A DNA stretch of 32,000 nt from Promethearchaeota archaeon (GTDB lineage: Archaea > Asgardarchaeota > Lokiarchaeia > Sigyniarchaeales > Promethearchaeaceae). Shown here one piece after another: positions 1 to 8,379 of the stretch. Below the pieces are notes generated by a model that saw only the letters and a list, made by a program, of their open reading frames with translations, did no database searches and was not told where the DNA came from. Made by a program: the position numbers and the translations under genes. The DNA lies in contig JAFGBS010000004.1 of the NCBI GenBank assembly GCA_016933055.1, positions 150,001 through 182,000 of the forward strand. Direction: 5' to 3'. Every line of letters begins with the position of its first letter. The stretch's first letter is position 1.

Positions 1-181
1 AATTTTTATCCATATATGCGGAAAATGCACGTGCAAGAGTTGTTTTCGAGGTACCAATCTCTCCTTCCAACAAAATATTTTTACGTGAATGGTAGGCAAT
101 TAAAATTTTTTTTAATTCGGCAGACCGACCAACAATTTTGTATTTATGTTGAATTTCGCGCACTTGAGAATCTAAATCCAT
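1..181 (-). CDS. MoxR-like AAA+ ATPase, N-terminal part (runs off window start)
   Basis: Not in the ORF track. Hand translation from ATG 181 (alternative TTG 193): MDLDSQVREIQHKYKIVGRSAELKKILIAYHSRKNILLEGEIGTSKTTLARAFSAYMDKN. IVGR...ILLEGxxGxxKTTLAR is the typical MoxR N-terminus with Walker A. Lies just downstream of hypF on the same strand. Confidence 0.75.
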   Translation of the reverse strand, partial: MDLDSQVREIQHKYKIVGRSAELKKILIAYHSRKNILLEGEIGTSKTTLARAFSAYMDKN

Positions 182-204
182 AGGTGTTACCAATGTACCT
201 AAAC

Positions 205-2694
205 TTATGATATTTTAGAAATCGCAATCGCTGCTTGCCCCACACTTATTCCCGCATCTCCAGGAGGAACGTTATTATGGTGTAATAAATGAACAGCGTA
301 TTGATTCTTTTGTTCTAATTCTCGAAGATGATTATAAAATGCGTCGTATATTTGATCATTATATGCGACTCCACCACTCAATCCAATATATTTGGCAGAC
401 TTGTTAACCGCTGTCCGAAAACAACCATATGCAAAGATTTTCCCAATAGAATTTAAGATAGAAGCAGCAATATCGGGAAGGTTATTCGGAGAAAACGAGT
501 GGTTAGATGCTATTGTTATCAATTTTTTGATTAATAATTCAGAAGGAATTACATGGCTTTCGGAATTATTGTCAAGATGAGCAATTATTTCAGATGAAAA
601 ATCATATTTAGATGGATTTCCAGTATAGGATGATCCTTCCAGCCTCATTGCTGGCTCCCCCCGATAATATTTTCGGTCACACACTCCTAAAATATTCGAA
701 ACCGAATCCAATAATCTCCCACAACTGCTCGAATAGGCAACATTTCTACCCAATTTATAACTAGTAAGAATGGAATCAAGTTCTTGGATTCTGTGTGTAA
801 GTTTGTCTGCAATTTTTAACTTGTCAGCGTACTCCTTTGCTTTTTCTAATCCAAACAGTTGCAATAAAAAACCTACTACCATGCGTGCCGGGTAGGTTAC
901 ACATAGATCTCCTCCCACCATAGGAATGTAGGATAGATGGTAAGTTCGTTCCATAGTTGCATAGGAGCCATAAATAATTTCCCCTCCCCAGACTTTTCCA
1001 TCTAGACCATACCCTACTCCATCGAGTGTTGCGACTACAGCAGGGATATTTCTATCAATTTTATTATCCACTAATAAACTTGCTGCATGAGCAAAATGAT
1101 GTTGCACATTAAATGAGAGGGGAATGCCCATCTCTTCTTGGAAATTATGTGCCAATCGTGTGGATTGAAATCGAGGATGGAGATCCATTGCTATATAATC
1201 AAGTTGGCTATTCTCCAACTTCAACAGAGATTTCATGTGTAAAATGGATTTTTTAAGGAATTCATAGGTCTCAAGATTATTTACATTTCCAATATGCTGA
1301 GTAGGGAAAAGACGATGGCCTCTAGATACCAATCCGGTGGAATTCAACTCAGCACCCACAGCAATCCCGCCTGTAATATCTGGATTAAATGGAAGGGGGA
1401 GATATTCGGGTACATATCCTCTCGACCTTCGTAACAGTTTGGTATAAGAGTTTTGCACCCGTATTACGCTATCGTCTACTCTTTGATAGATTTCCCTATT
1501 ATGTAATAAAAATCCGTCTGCTAAATGACTGAGTTGCGCAACTACCGTGTCGGGAGATATTGCCATCGGTAGGTCGGAAAAATTACCACTAGTAAATATT
1601 AATGGAACCTTCCCGATTTGTTGAAATAACAAATGATGGATGCCTGCGTACGGTAGCATAATACCAATATTGTGTAATCCTGGTGAAATAGAATCATTAA
1701 GAGATCCTGGTTTTTTTGGTAACAGTACAATAGGTCGACGGTATGAAAGGAGCTCTGATTTTTCTTTTTGGGTGTATTCAACATATTGATTAGCAGAATC
1801 TAAATTTGGTACCATAACAGCAAAGGGCTTAGTCTTTCTTTTGCGTTTTCTTGTCCGAATGGTCTCAATAACTTTAGGATTTCGTGCATCCCCCACAATA
1901 TGCACACCTCCAATCCCCATAACTGCGAGAATCTTTCCCGATAGGATATACTTCGCAGCAATTTGAATAGATTTTGTAGATTCCAAAGAAATTTTATTTC
2001 TGTCTTTTAGAATTTGGGATATTTCTGATGAACAAGATTCATTCTGAGAAGGTTTTGAAATATACTTTGGATTATAGAGAAAAAAATAATTGGGACCGCA
2101 CTTTTTACAGCTAAATGTTTGAGCATGAAATCTCCGATTTTGAGGGGATCTGTAGTCGGATAAGCAAGAATCTTCCGAACTGCAATAAGGAAACTCATCC
2201 ATGGTTGTACGTTCTCGATCATAAGGTAGTTCCTTTATGGTAGAATATCGAGGACCGCAGATTGCACATGCGGTAAAAGGGTATCGGAAGAAACGTTCAT
2301 TGTTGGGATTGGTCATATCTTTTATACAATCCGAACAAATTGCGATATCGGGCGGGGAGGTAACACTGGGACCCACACCACTTAAGCTGGGTTTAATTAT
2401 TAAAGACTGATGCAAATCCTTGATGTTGAGGTCTTTAAGATCGTCTTCTTGTAGTAGATAAGATTTAACTTCCTCAATATAAGAGATCTCTGGTTTTTCG
2501 GTTTGCAGCGCATACATAAATTCAGAGATAAGGGTAGAATTTGTTGCAAAAACTAGCAATTCAACTCCTATATTTCCCTTATTTATAATGGAACCAGTCA
2601 ATCCGAATCGTTCAGCTAAATTAAACAAAAATGGACGAAATCCCACTCCTTGGACGATTCCTTGGATATTGATCCTATACAAGCCCATTTCCAA
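205..2694 (-). CDS. hypF: Carbamoyltransferase HypF ([NiFe]-hydrogenase maturation)
   Basis: Acylphosphatase-like N-terminus GIVQGVGFRPF, two zinc fingers (CSDC..CAICGPR, C..C..CKKCGP), YrdC-like domain (DDSVIR, RRSRGYVP), Kae1-like domain (QHHFAH, DGVGYG, WGGE, PPGDAGISVGQ). Confidence 0.97.
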   Translation of the reverse strand: MEMGLYRINIQGIVQGVGFRPFLFNLAERFGLTGSIINKGNIGVELLVFATNSTLISEFMYALQTEKPEISYIEEVKSYLLQEDDLKDLNIKDLHQSLIIKPSLSGVGPSVTSPPDIAICSDCIKDMTNPNNERFFRYPFTACAICGPRYSTIKELPYDRERTTMDEFPYCSSEDSCLSDYRSPQNRRFHAQTFSCKKCGPNYFFLYNPKYISKPSQNESCSSEISQILKDRNKISLESTKSIQIAAKYILSGKILAVMGIGGVHIVGDARNPKVIETIRTRKRKRKTKPFAVMVPNLDSANQYVEYTQKEKSELLSYRRPIVLLPKKPGSLNDSISPGLHNIGIMLPYAGIHHLLFQQIGKVPLIFTSGNFSDLPMAISPDTVVAQLSHLADGFLLHNREIYQRVDDSVIRVQNSYTKLLRRSRGYVPEYLPLPFNPDITGGIAVGAELNSTGLVSRGHRLFPTQHIGNVNNLETYEFLKKSILHMKSLLKLENSQLDYIAMDLHPRFQSTRLAHNFQEEMGIPLSFNVQHHFAHAASLLVDNKIDRNIPAVVATLDGVGYGLDGKVWGGEIIYGSYATMERTYHLSYIPMVGGDLCVTYPARMVVGFLLQLFGLEKAKEYADKLKIADKLTHRIQELDSILTSYKLGRNVAYSSSCGRLLDSVSNILGVCDRKYYRGEPAMRLEGSSYTGNPSKYDFSSEIIAHLDNNSESHVIPSELLIKKLITIASNHSFSPNNLPDIAASILNSIGKIFAYGCFRTAVNKSAKYIGLSGGVAYNDQIYDAFYNHLRELEQKNQYAVHLLHHNNVPPGDAGISVGQAAIAISKIS

Positions 2695-2799
2695 GACCTC
2701 TAATGAATCCCCCTTTTTTGAGTTTATGTAAATAAAATTAACATAGCTTTTTTATAATTCCACCCAAAGTTTCCGTAGAATTATAATTAGCTGATATTC

Positions 2800-3468
2800 A
2801 TGATTGTAACAGAAAATAAGCCATGGGAAGAGGTTAAGCTTGCACTTGACAATTACATGGCGAATAAAATAGTAATTGTATCTTGCGGTGTTTGTGCAGC
2901 AAAAGTTGGGACCGGAGGAACCGAAGGTGCTAAAAAAATGGAAGCTCAGTTGATAGATAATGGATTTTCGGTACTAACCACCGTTGTGGTCGATGAACCG
3001 TGTGATGATCGCATGGTGAAACAAGCATTTCGGAAAATAAAAGATGAAGTCGAAAAGAGTGATGTGATTATCTCCCTTGCTTGCGGGTTGGGAACACAAG
3101 CCATGAATACGGTATTACGGGAGAAATTTCCAAAAAAAGTTGCTTTGACCGCTTTGAATACGGTATTTATGGGAGAAACCGAAAGATTTGGTGTATATAA
3201 AGAAGCGTGTCGCGCTTGTGGGGAGTGTATTCTTAATGAAACCGGTGGGGTATGTCCAATAACCCATTGTGCAAAAAGCATGCTCAATGGACCGTGTGGG
3301 GGATCTGTCGATGGAAAATGTGAGGTTGGAGATTACACTCGTTCTTGTGGGTGGGTTGAAATATATGACGCCCTACAATCAATTGATCGGTTAGATCTTT
3401 TCTTGAAGGTACGTGAACCTCGTAATTGGTCCGAATCAGGGCATCAAAGGGAGTTAAATTTGCGATAG
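2800..3468 (+). CDS. metV: Methylenetetrahydrofolate reductase small Fe-S subunit (MetV / MTHFR C-terminal domain protein)
   Basis: Cys-rich C-terminus CRACGECILNETGGVCPITHCAKSMLNGPCGG...C...CGW, N-terminal CGVC and LACGLG; its stop overlaps the RBS of the next gene. Confidence 0.88.
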   Translation: MIVTENKPWEEVKLALDNYMANKIVIVSCGVCAAKVGTGGTEGAKKMEAQLIDNGFSVLTTVVVDEPCDDRMVKQAFRKIKDEVEKSDVIISLACGLGTQAMNTVLREKFPKKVALTALNTVFMGETERFGVYKEACRACGECILNETGGVCPITHCAKSMLNGPCGGSVDGKCEVGDYTRSCGWVEIYDALQSIDRLDLFLKVREPRNWSESGHQRELNLR

Positions 3469-3472
3469 GAGG
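3467..3472 (+). promoter_or_regulatory. Shine-Dalgarno AGGAGG upstream of metF ATG 3480
   Basis: AGGAGG at 3467-3472, 7 nt before ATG 3480, overlapping the metV stop TAG. Confidence 0.7.
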
Positions 3473-3479
3473 AGATATC

Positions 3480-4433
3480 ATGACTGAAGTAAAAACATAT
3501 TCAAACTTAATGAAAGAAATCCAATCCGGAAGATTTGTCCTTACAGGAGAATTGGAACCGGAACGAACTGCTAATATTGAACCTACAGTAAATGAAGCGA
3601 TAGAATTAAGAAAATACTGTATTGCAGCAAATATAACTGATAATCCAAAATCCACAGTCTGCCTAAGTTCCTTAGCAGGCTCCTATCTAACTCAAGAAAA
3701 ATCTGGATTAGAAATCGTGTATCAACTTACCTGTAGAGATCAAAATCGGATGGGATTAGGTGCTGCAATACTAGGTGCTGCATCGCTCGGATTAAAAAAC
3801 ATACTCGCGTTGACTGGAGATCACAATGCATGTGGAGATATGCCCGCATCCAAACCAGTATTCGATTACGATTCGACTCATTTAATCCAGTTAGTGCGTG
3901 AAATGGCAGATAAACGCAGTATTGAGGGACTTCCTCTGGATGAGGATTGTCCGAATATAGAAATCCATGTTGGAGGAGCTGCAAACCCGAATGCAAGCCC
4001 TATGGAACCAGAAATAATGCATATCCAAAGAAAAGCTATGGCAGGTGTGGAATTTCTTCAAACACAAGTAGTCTATGATATTGAAATAGCGGAACCTTTT
4101 TTAAAAGAGATCCGAGAAAAAACGGGAGTTCCCGTATTATTAGGGATATTTCCAATGAGTGGGTATGGGGTAGCAAAAGGTTTTGATGAACTTGTTCCGG
4201 GTGTGAGTGTTCCTAAAGATCTACTTGCGAAATTCAAAGCTGTAAAGAAAGGTGGTTTAGGGAAAAAAGAGAAGAAAGAAGCATATCGCAAATTAAATGT
4301 GGATTTCTATGTGCCAATGCTGAAGGAATTAAAAAAGAAAAATCTGGTTGCAGGATGCCATATAATGGCCGTTCATTATCCAAAGATATTTCCTCCGTTA
4401 ATGGAAGCTTTGGATCTGCAACCAAGGGAATAA
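3480..4433 (+). CDS. metF: Methylenetetrahydrofolate reductase flavoprotein subunit MetF
   Basis: TGELEP, ITDNP, QLTCRDQNR, ALTGDH, FLQTQ, GCHIMA motifs of the FAD-linked MTHFR barrel. Start moved from 3426 to ATG 3480 because of the RBS. Confidence 0.9.
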   Translation: MTEVKTYSNLMKEIQSGRFVLTGELEPERTANIEPTVNEAIELRKYCIAANITDNPKSTVCLSSLAGSYLTQEKSGLEIVYQLTCRDQNRMGLGAAILGAASLGLKNILALTGDHNACGDMPASKPVFDYDSTHLIQLVREMADKRSIEGLPLDEDCPNIEIHVGGAANPNASPMEPEIMHIQRKAMAGVEFLQTQVVYDIEIAEPFLKEIREKTGVPVLLGIFPMSGYGVAKGFDELVPGVSVPKDLLAKFKAVKKGGLGKKEKKEAYRKLNVDFYVPMLKELKKKNLVAGCHIMAVHYPKIFPPLMEALDLQPRE

Positions 4434-4437
4434 AAAT

Positions 4438-5670
4438 TTATGGAATAGTAAAATCAATAGGTATATCATAGGTATAAGGGGTCATGTAGAAGTCCCCTGT
4501 AATTTCTTTTCCTACTAACATTTTATCAGCAAAATCCAACAACACAAGAAAATCTCCTTGTAGAAATCCATGCCTTCCTTTGCGATAGTGAAGTGCATTG
4601 TTTTCTATTTTTCCTAAAAATTCATACACCAGTTCAGTTGCCTTATATATTGCTTGGGTTCCGGACGGATTCGCCCAAAAATCGTGTAAAGCGTTGGTTG
4701 ATAAAAGCAATCTTGGTGCCACAAGTGAACATAAAAAATGCTGATCAAAAGGTAGATATTTCTCTTTTCCTGCATATTTATCAAAATCCCCTTTAAACCA
4801 AGATCGATAAGTTTTATCAGAAGTGATAATTCGAAGAGTTTCAGAAAAGGAACCTTGAACTAAAAAGGAACCTGTGCCCCCACACCCCGAATCATTGGGT
4901 ACTACCATTGCGAAACGTTTATCTAAAGCACCAGCTAATAAGGCAGTTTTTCCCCTCCGTGAATGACCAGTAATTATCAACATGTCTGGGTCCGTATTCG
5001 GTTTACCCTCGGGTGTTTCTACCCAACTCTCTCCAATTAAATAATCAACCACACAAGAGGCTCCCCATGCCCATACTCCCAGACTACCAAAACTATATGA
5101 AGGATAGATAGCTTGAATAGCTCCCACGACATCATACCCTTCCGTATCCGGATCCAAATCCGTATGATTGTAACAAACATATAAATACCCACGATTCAGA
5201 ATTGTATCTGCTATGGGAACTTGGGAACCAGAACCATCGGAACCAACTTTCAGAATGGTTGGATAAGGACCAGAACAATTAGGAATGTAAACCCAAATTG
5301 TCATATTAACGATTAAAGAGGGTGTTGAATTAAATGGAAAAAGAGATAATATTACAGTTTTTTTAGTTCCATTAGATAACTGCTCTTGTTGAATTTCCGT
5401 TGTTACAATTGAATCCGGACGATTTGGAATTGTTCCATATTCGATCGACAAAAGGAGAGTAATTATCTCATCTCTTCGGACTTCCCATTCTTCGAGAGTG
5501 GAAACCCGGGATCCATTATTGAGTAAAAATGGATCGGGTAAGGATTTTATGATTTTTGGATATTTTTGCCGTACCAAGAACCATGTACCACCAGAAATAA
5601 TACTACATACAAATGCCGATAGAATTAAGGTTACAAGTATTTTTCGCATTCTTCTTTCCATAAAAATCAA
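4438..5670 (-). CDS. Membrane-anchored CE15 family (glucuronoyl esterase-like) alpha/beta hydrolase
   Basis: N-terminal hydrophobic helix, LPDPFLLNNG, LGVWAWGAS, nucleophile elbow GHSRRGK, NDSGCGG, acid in SETL, LPFDQH, D-x-WANP-x-G, catalytic His in GRHG. Confidence 0.82.
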   Translation of the reverse strand: MIFMERRMRKILVTLILSAFVCSIISGGTWFLVRQKYPKIIKSLPDPFLLNNGSRVSTLEEWEVRRDEIITLLLSIEYGTIPNRPDSIVTTEIQQEQLSNGTKKTVILSLFPFNSTPSLIVNMTIWVYIPNCSGPYPTILKVGSDGSGSQVPIADTILNRGYLYVCYNHTDLDPDTEGYDVVGAIQAIYPSYSFGSLGVWAWGASCVVDYLIGESWVETPEGKPNTDPDMLIITGHSRRGKTALLAGALDKRFAMVVPNDSGCGGTGSFLVQGSFSETLRIITSDKTYRSWFKGDFDKYAGKEKYLPFDQHFLCSLVAPRLLLSTNALHDFWANPSGTQAIYKATELVYEFLGKIENNALHYRKGRHGFLQGDFLVLLDFADKMLVGKEITGDFYMTPYTYDIPIDFTIP

Positions 5671-5779
5671 TTATACCTTCTAAATTATAAATCTACATGA
5701 GATTGGCAACTATTGGAAGACATACGTAAATTGATCCGATATAGGAGAAGTTCAGAGTTGATTTATATGGAAATTTTAA

Positions 5780-6583
5780 ATGATCTATTATCCAACTAGG
5801 ATTATGCAACAACAAAATTTTCCTCTTTTTGCTATGATGACAGCTTTATTCTCGATGTACATAACGGGGCTCGGTTTAATCATCATCAGTCTCATGGTTG
5901 GGGTCCAATTACCAATAGGCAATATTTATTATTATCTATCTCTAGCCGTTTTTGTATTGGGATTTCTCATAATTCTAATTGGAATCTTAGTTTCTCTTAG
6001 ATTCTTCATTAGAATTTTTAAAATTGTGGACATTTTTGCTGAAAAAGGATTCCTTGTCGAAGAAAGTCAAGAAACTGTCTATAAACAACCACTCAGAATA
6101 TTTCGTCAGAAAATGCCAGAATCTATTCCGGAAGATCAAATTTCTAAATCGAATTCAAAACCAGCCACTTTCAAATCAGCAATTACTGAACCCGTACCTA
6201 TCATGTCCACTTCAAAACCAAAACCCGCTGAGGAATCTACTGACATCACTCCTACCATCTCTCTGGAAGAGGCGCTACAAAGTATTGTTGATAGATATAA
6301 TGATGAAAAAGTAAAGAAATCCTTCAAGGGATGGAATGAAACTTTAGTAATGCGATTCCCCGATATAGACAAAAATTTTATGTATGTCATCAACGGTGAT
6401 GAGGAAATACAGTTTACGGAGGGGGATAATGCCGAAGCAGCAGTTCAAGTTGAAATGGACTCGACATTATTCCAAAAATTAATTGCAAAACAAGTCAACG
6501 CTATTAAAGCCTATTCCAGCGGAAAAATGAATGTTTCTGGACAAATGAAAAATATGTTAAAATTACGGAAACTGATGTTTTAA
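5780..6583 (+). CDS. Two-TM protein with Pro/Ser/Thr/Lys-rich linker and C-terminal SCP2 sterol/lipid-binding domain
   Basis: Two long hydrophobic segments in the first ~80 aa; low-complexity linker; C-terminal ~110 aa has the SCP2 pattern (AAVQVEMDSTLFQKLIAKQVNAIKAYSSGKMNVSGQM). Confidence 0.8.
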   Translation: MIYYPTRIMQQQNFPLFAMMTALFSMYITGLGLIIISLMVGVQLPIGNIYYYLSLAVFVLGFLIILIGILVSLRFFIRIFKIVDIFAEKGFLVEESQETVYKQPLRIFRQKMPESIPEDQISKSNSKPATFKSAITEPVPIMSTSKPKPAEESTDITPTISLEEALQSIVDRYNDEKVKKSFKGWNETLVMRFPDIDKNFMYVINGDEEIQFTEGDNAEAAVQVEMDSTLFQKLIAKQVNAIKAYSSGKMNVSGQMKNMLKLRKLMF

Positions 6584-6650
6584 ATTTGCATTATATTTAT
6601 TTTAGTTCTCCCTAATGTACATCAATTACACTTAGAAAAAGGACAACAAA

Positions 6651-8372
6651 ATGAAAGCATTGGTAACAGCTGAATTTTCTGAGGAAGCGCTTCGGAAATT
6701 GCGTGAAATACTTAGCGATGAAGTAATATACGAAAGCTGGAGAGATAAGAAGCATATGTATTTTGATCCCGATGTTCTAACGAAAAAAATTCATGAACTC
6801 GGCGTGGAGATTTTCATCTGTGAAGGAGATAATCTTAAAAAAAATGTTATTGAGAACACGAACCTAAAAATCATCGGATCTATCCGTGGGGATCCGAACA
6901 ACATAGATATCCTGACTGCTACGAAAAAAAAGATACCGATATTATTTGCTCCCAATCGCAACACCATTGCAGTGGCAGAATTGACTCTCACTTTAATTTT
7001 TGCTTTACTCAAAAAACTCCATTCAGTGGATAGGATCATTCATTCGAAAAGATTCTCAGTAGAAGAATTCTCGGATTATGTTACTTTTTATAATAAATTC
7101 CAAGGGCGTGAATTAACTGGGAAGACCATAGGTATTGTGGGACTTGGTCGTATAGGATTTCAAGTAGCAAAATTCTTGAAACCGTTCAATGTCACTATTT
7201 TAATATATGATCCCTATGTTTTACCTCAACGATTGAGTGCTATAAACGGTAAATCCGTAGATTTACAAGTTTTACTTAAAAGCTCCGATATTATTACCAT
7301 ACATTGTCCTCCTACGGACGAAACAGACGGTCTGATTGGGGAAGCAGAAATCGAGCTAATGAAATCCTCTGCGTTATTTATTAATCTCGCTCGAGCCTCC
7401 GTGATTGATGAATCTGCCTTATTTGATGCATTAAAGGAGAAAAAAATCGCCGGTGCTGCGTTAGATGTTTTTGCTAGCGAACCGGTAGATCACGAGAACG
7501 AATTTCTTCAATTGGATAATGTTATCGTCACCCCTCATATTGCAGGAGACACATATGAAACCACTCACCGTGGTGCTATGATGATTGTGGATGGGATAAA
7601 AACTATTCTTGACCATCAAGTTCCTCTAAATATTAAAAATCCTGAAGTGTTAACTGGAATTAAACCAACCGAGCAAGATAGTTCAGAAGATAATACGGAT
7701 ATTTCTATCTCTCTGGACCGGTATAAAGGAACAGTTAATGAAATTATACGAATTTCCCAGGAAATGCTACGAAAGGGGTTTGTTATCGGTACTGCGGGTA
7801 ATATATCCGCAAGAGTAAAGCTCCCTAATGGTAAAAATGCTGTAATTATTACTCCCAGCTCTGTGGATTATACAAATCTACAATCAGATGATTTTGTCAT
7901 AATTGATATGTTTGGAAATAAATTAGTTGGAACTCGAAATCCCTCTTCCGAACGACGTTTACATCTAGCAATTTATCGGGAACGTAGTGATATAAATGCA
8001 ATCATTCATTCCCATGCGCCTTTTTCTACAGCATTATCTATCGCCAAAATGCCCTTGGGTCCTTTTGTGGACGAAATCATCCCCTTTATCGGCGGGTGTG
8101 AAATATCAGAGTTTGGAATGGCGGGAACAGATGAACTTGCAGAGAACGGGGTAAAAGCCCTTGGAGATAACATGGCTGCAATGATTGCTAATCATGGGAA
8201 TGTGGGATGTGGCAGTTCTTTAGAACAAGCATGGTTTGTGTGTGAACTTGTAGAATTTGCCGCAAAAATTCAATATCGAGCTGCAACTCTAGGAACAATG
8301 TATGCAATTCCAGAGGAAGCAGAAGAATCCGAAAAAGAAATGTATGCTATCATGAAAGATATGAATATCTGA
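6651..8372 (+). CDS. Fusion: D-isomer-specific 2-hydroxyacid dehydrogenase (N) + class II aldolase/adducin domain (C)
   Basis: N-terminal half: IVGLGRIG, YDP (NAD), NLAR, LDVFASEP, TPHIAG. C-terminal half: GTAGNISAR, ITPSS, PSSE (catalytic Glu), HSH and NHG (Zn ligands). Confidence 0.9.
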   Translation: MKALVTAEFSEEALRKLREILSDEVIYESWRDKKHMYFDPDVLTKKIHELGVEIFICEGDNLKKNVIENTNLKIIGSIRGDPNNIDILTATKKKIPILFAPNRNTIAVAELTLTLIFALLKKLHSVDRIIHSKRFSVEEFSDYVTFYNKFQGRELTGKTIGIVGLGRIGFQVAKFLKPFNVTILIYDPYVLPQRLSAINGKSVDLQVLLKSSDIITIHCPPTDETDGLIGEAEIELMKSSALFINLARASVIDESALFDALKEKKIAGAALDVFASEPVDHENEFLQLDNVIVTPHIAGDTYETTHRGAMMIVDGIKTILDHQVPLNIKNPEVLTGIKPTEQDSSEDNTDISISLDRYKGTVNEIIRISQEMLRKGFVIGTAGNISARVKLPNGKNAVIITPSSVDYTNLQSDDFVIIDMFGNKLVGTRNPSSERRLHLAIYRERSDINAIIHSHAPFSTALSIAKMPLGPFVDEIIPFIGGCEISEFGMAGTDELAENGVKALGDNMAAMIANHGNVGCGSSLEQAWFVCELVEFAAKIQYRAATLGTMYAIPEEAEESEKEMYAIMKDMNI

Positions 8373-8379
8373 AAATACT

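Noticed and set aside
3426-3479. ORF-track start of metF at 3426
   Set aside because: It overlaps metV by 43 nt; AGGAGG points to ATG 3480.
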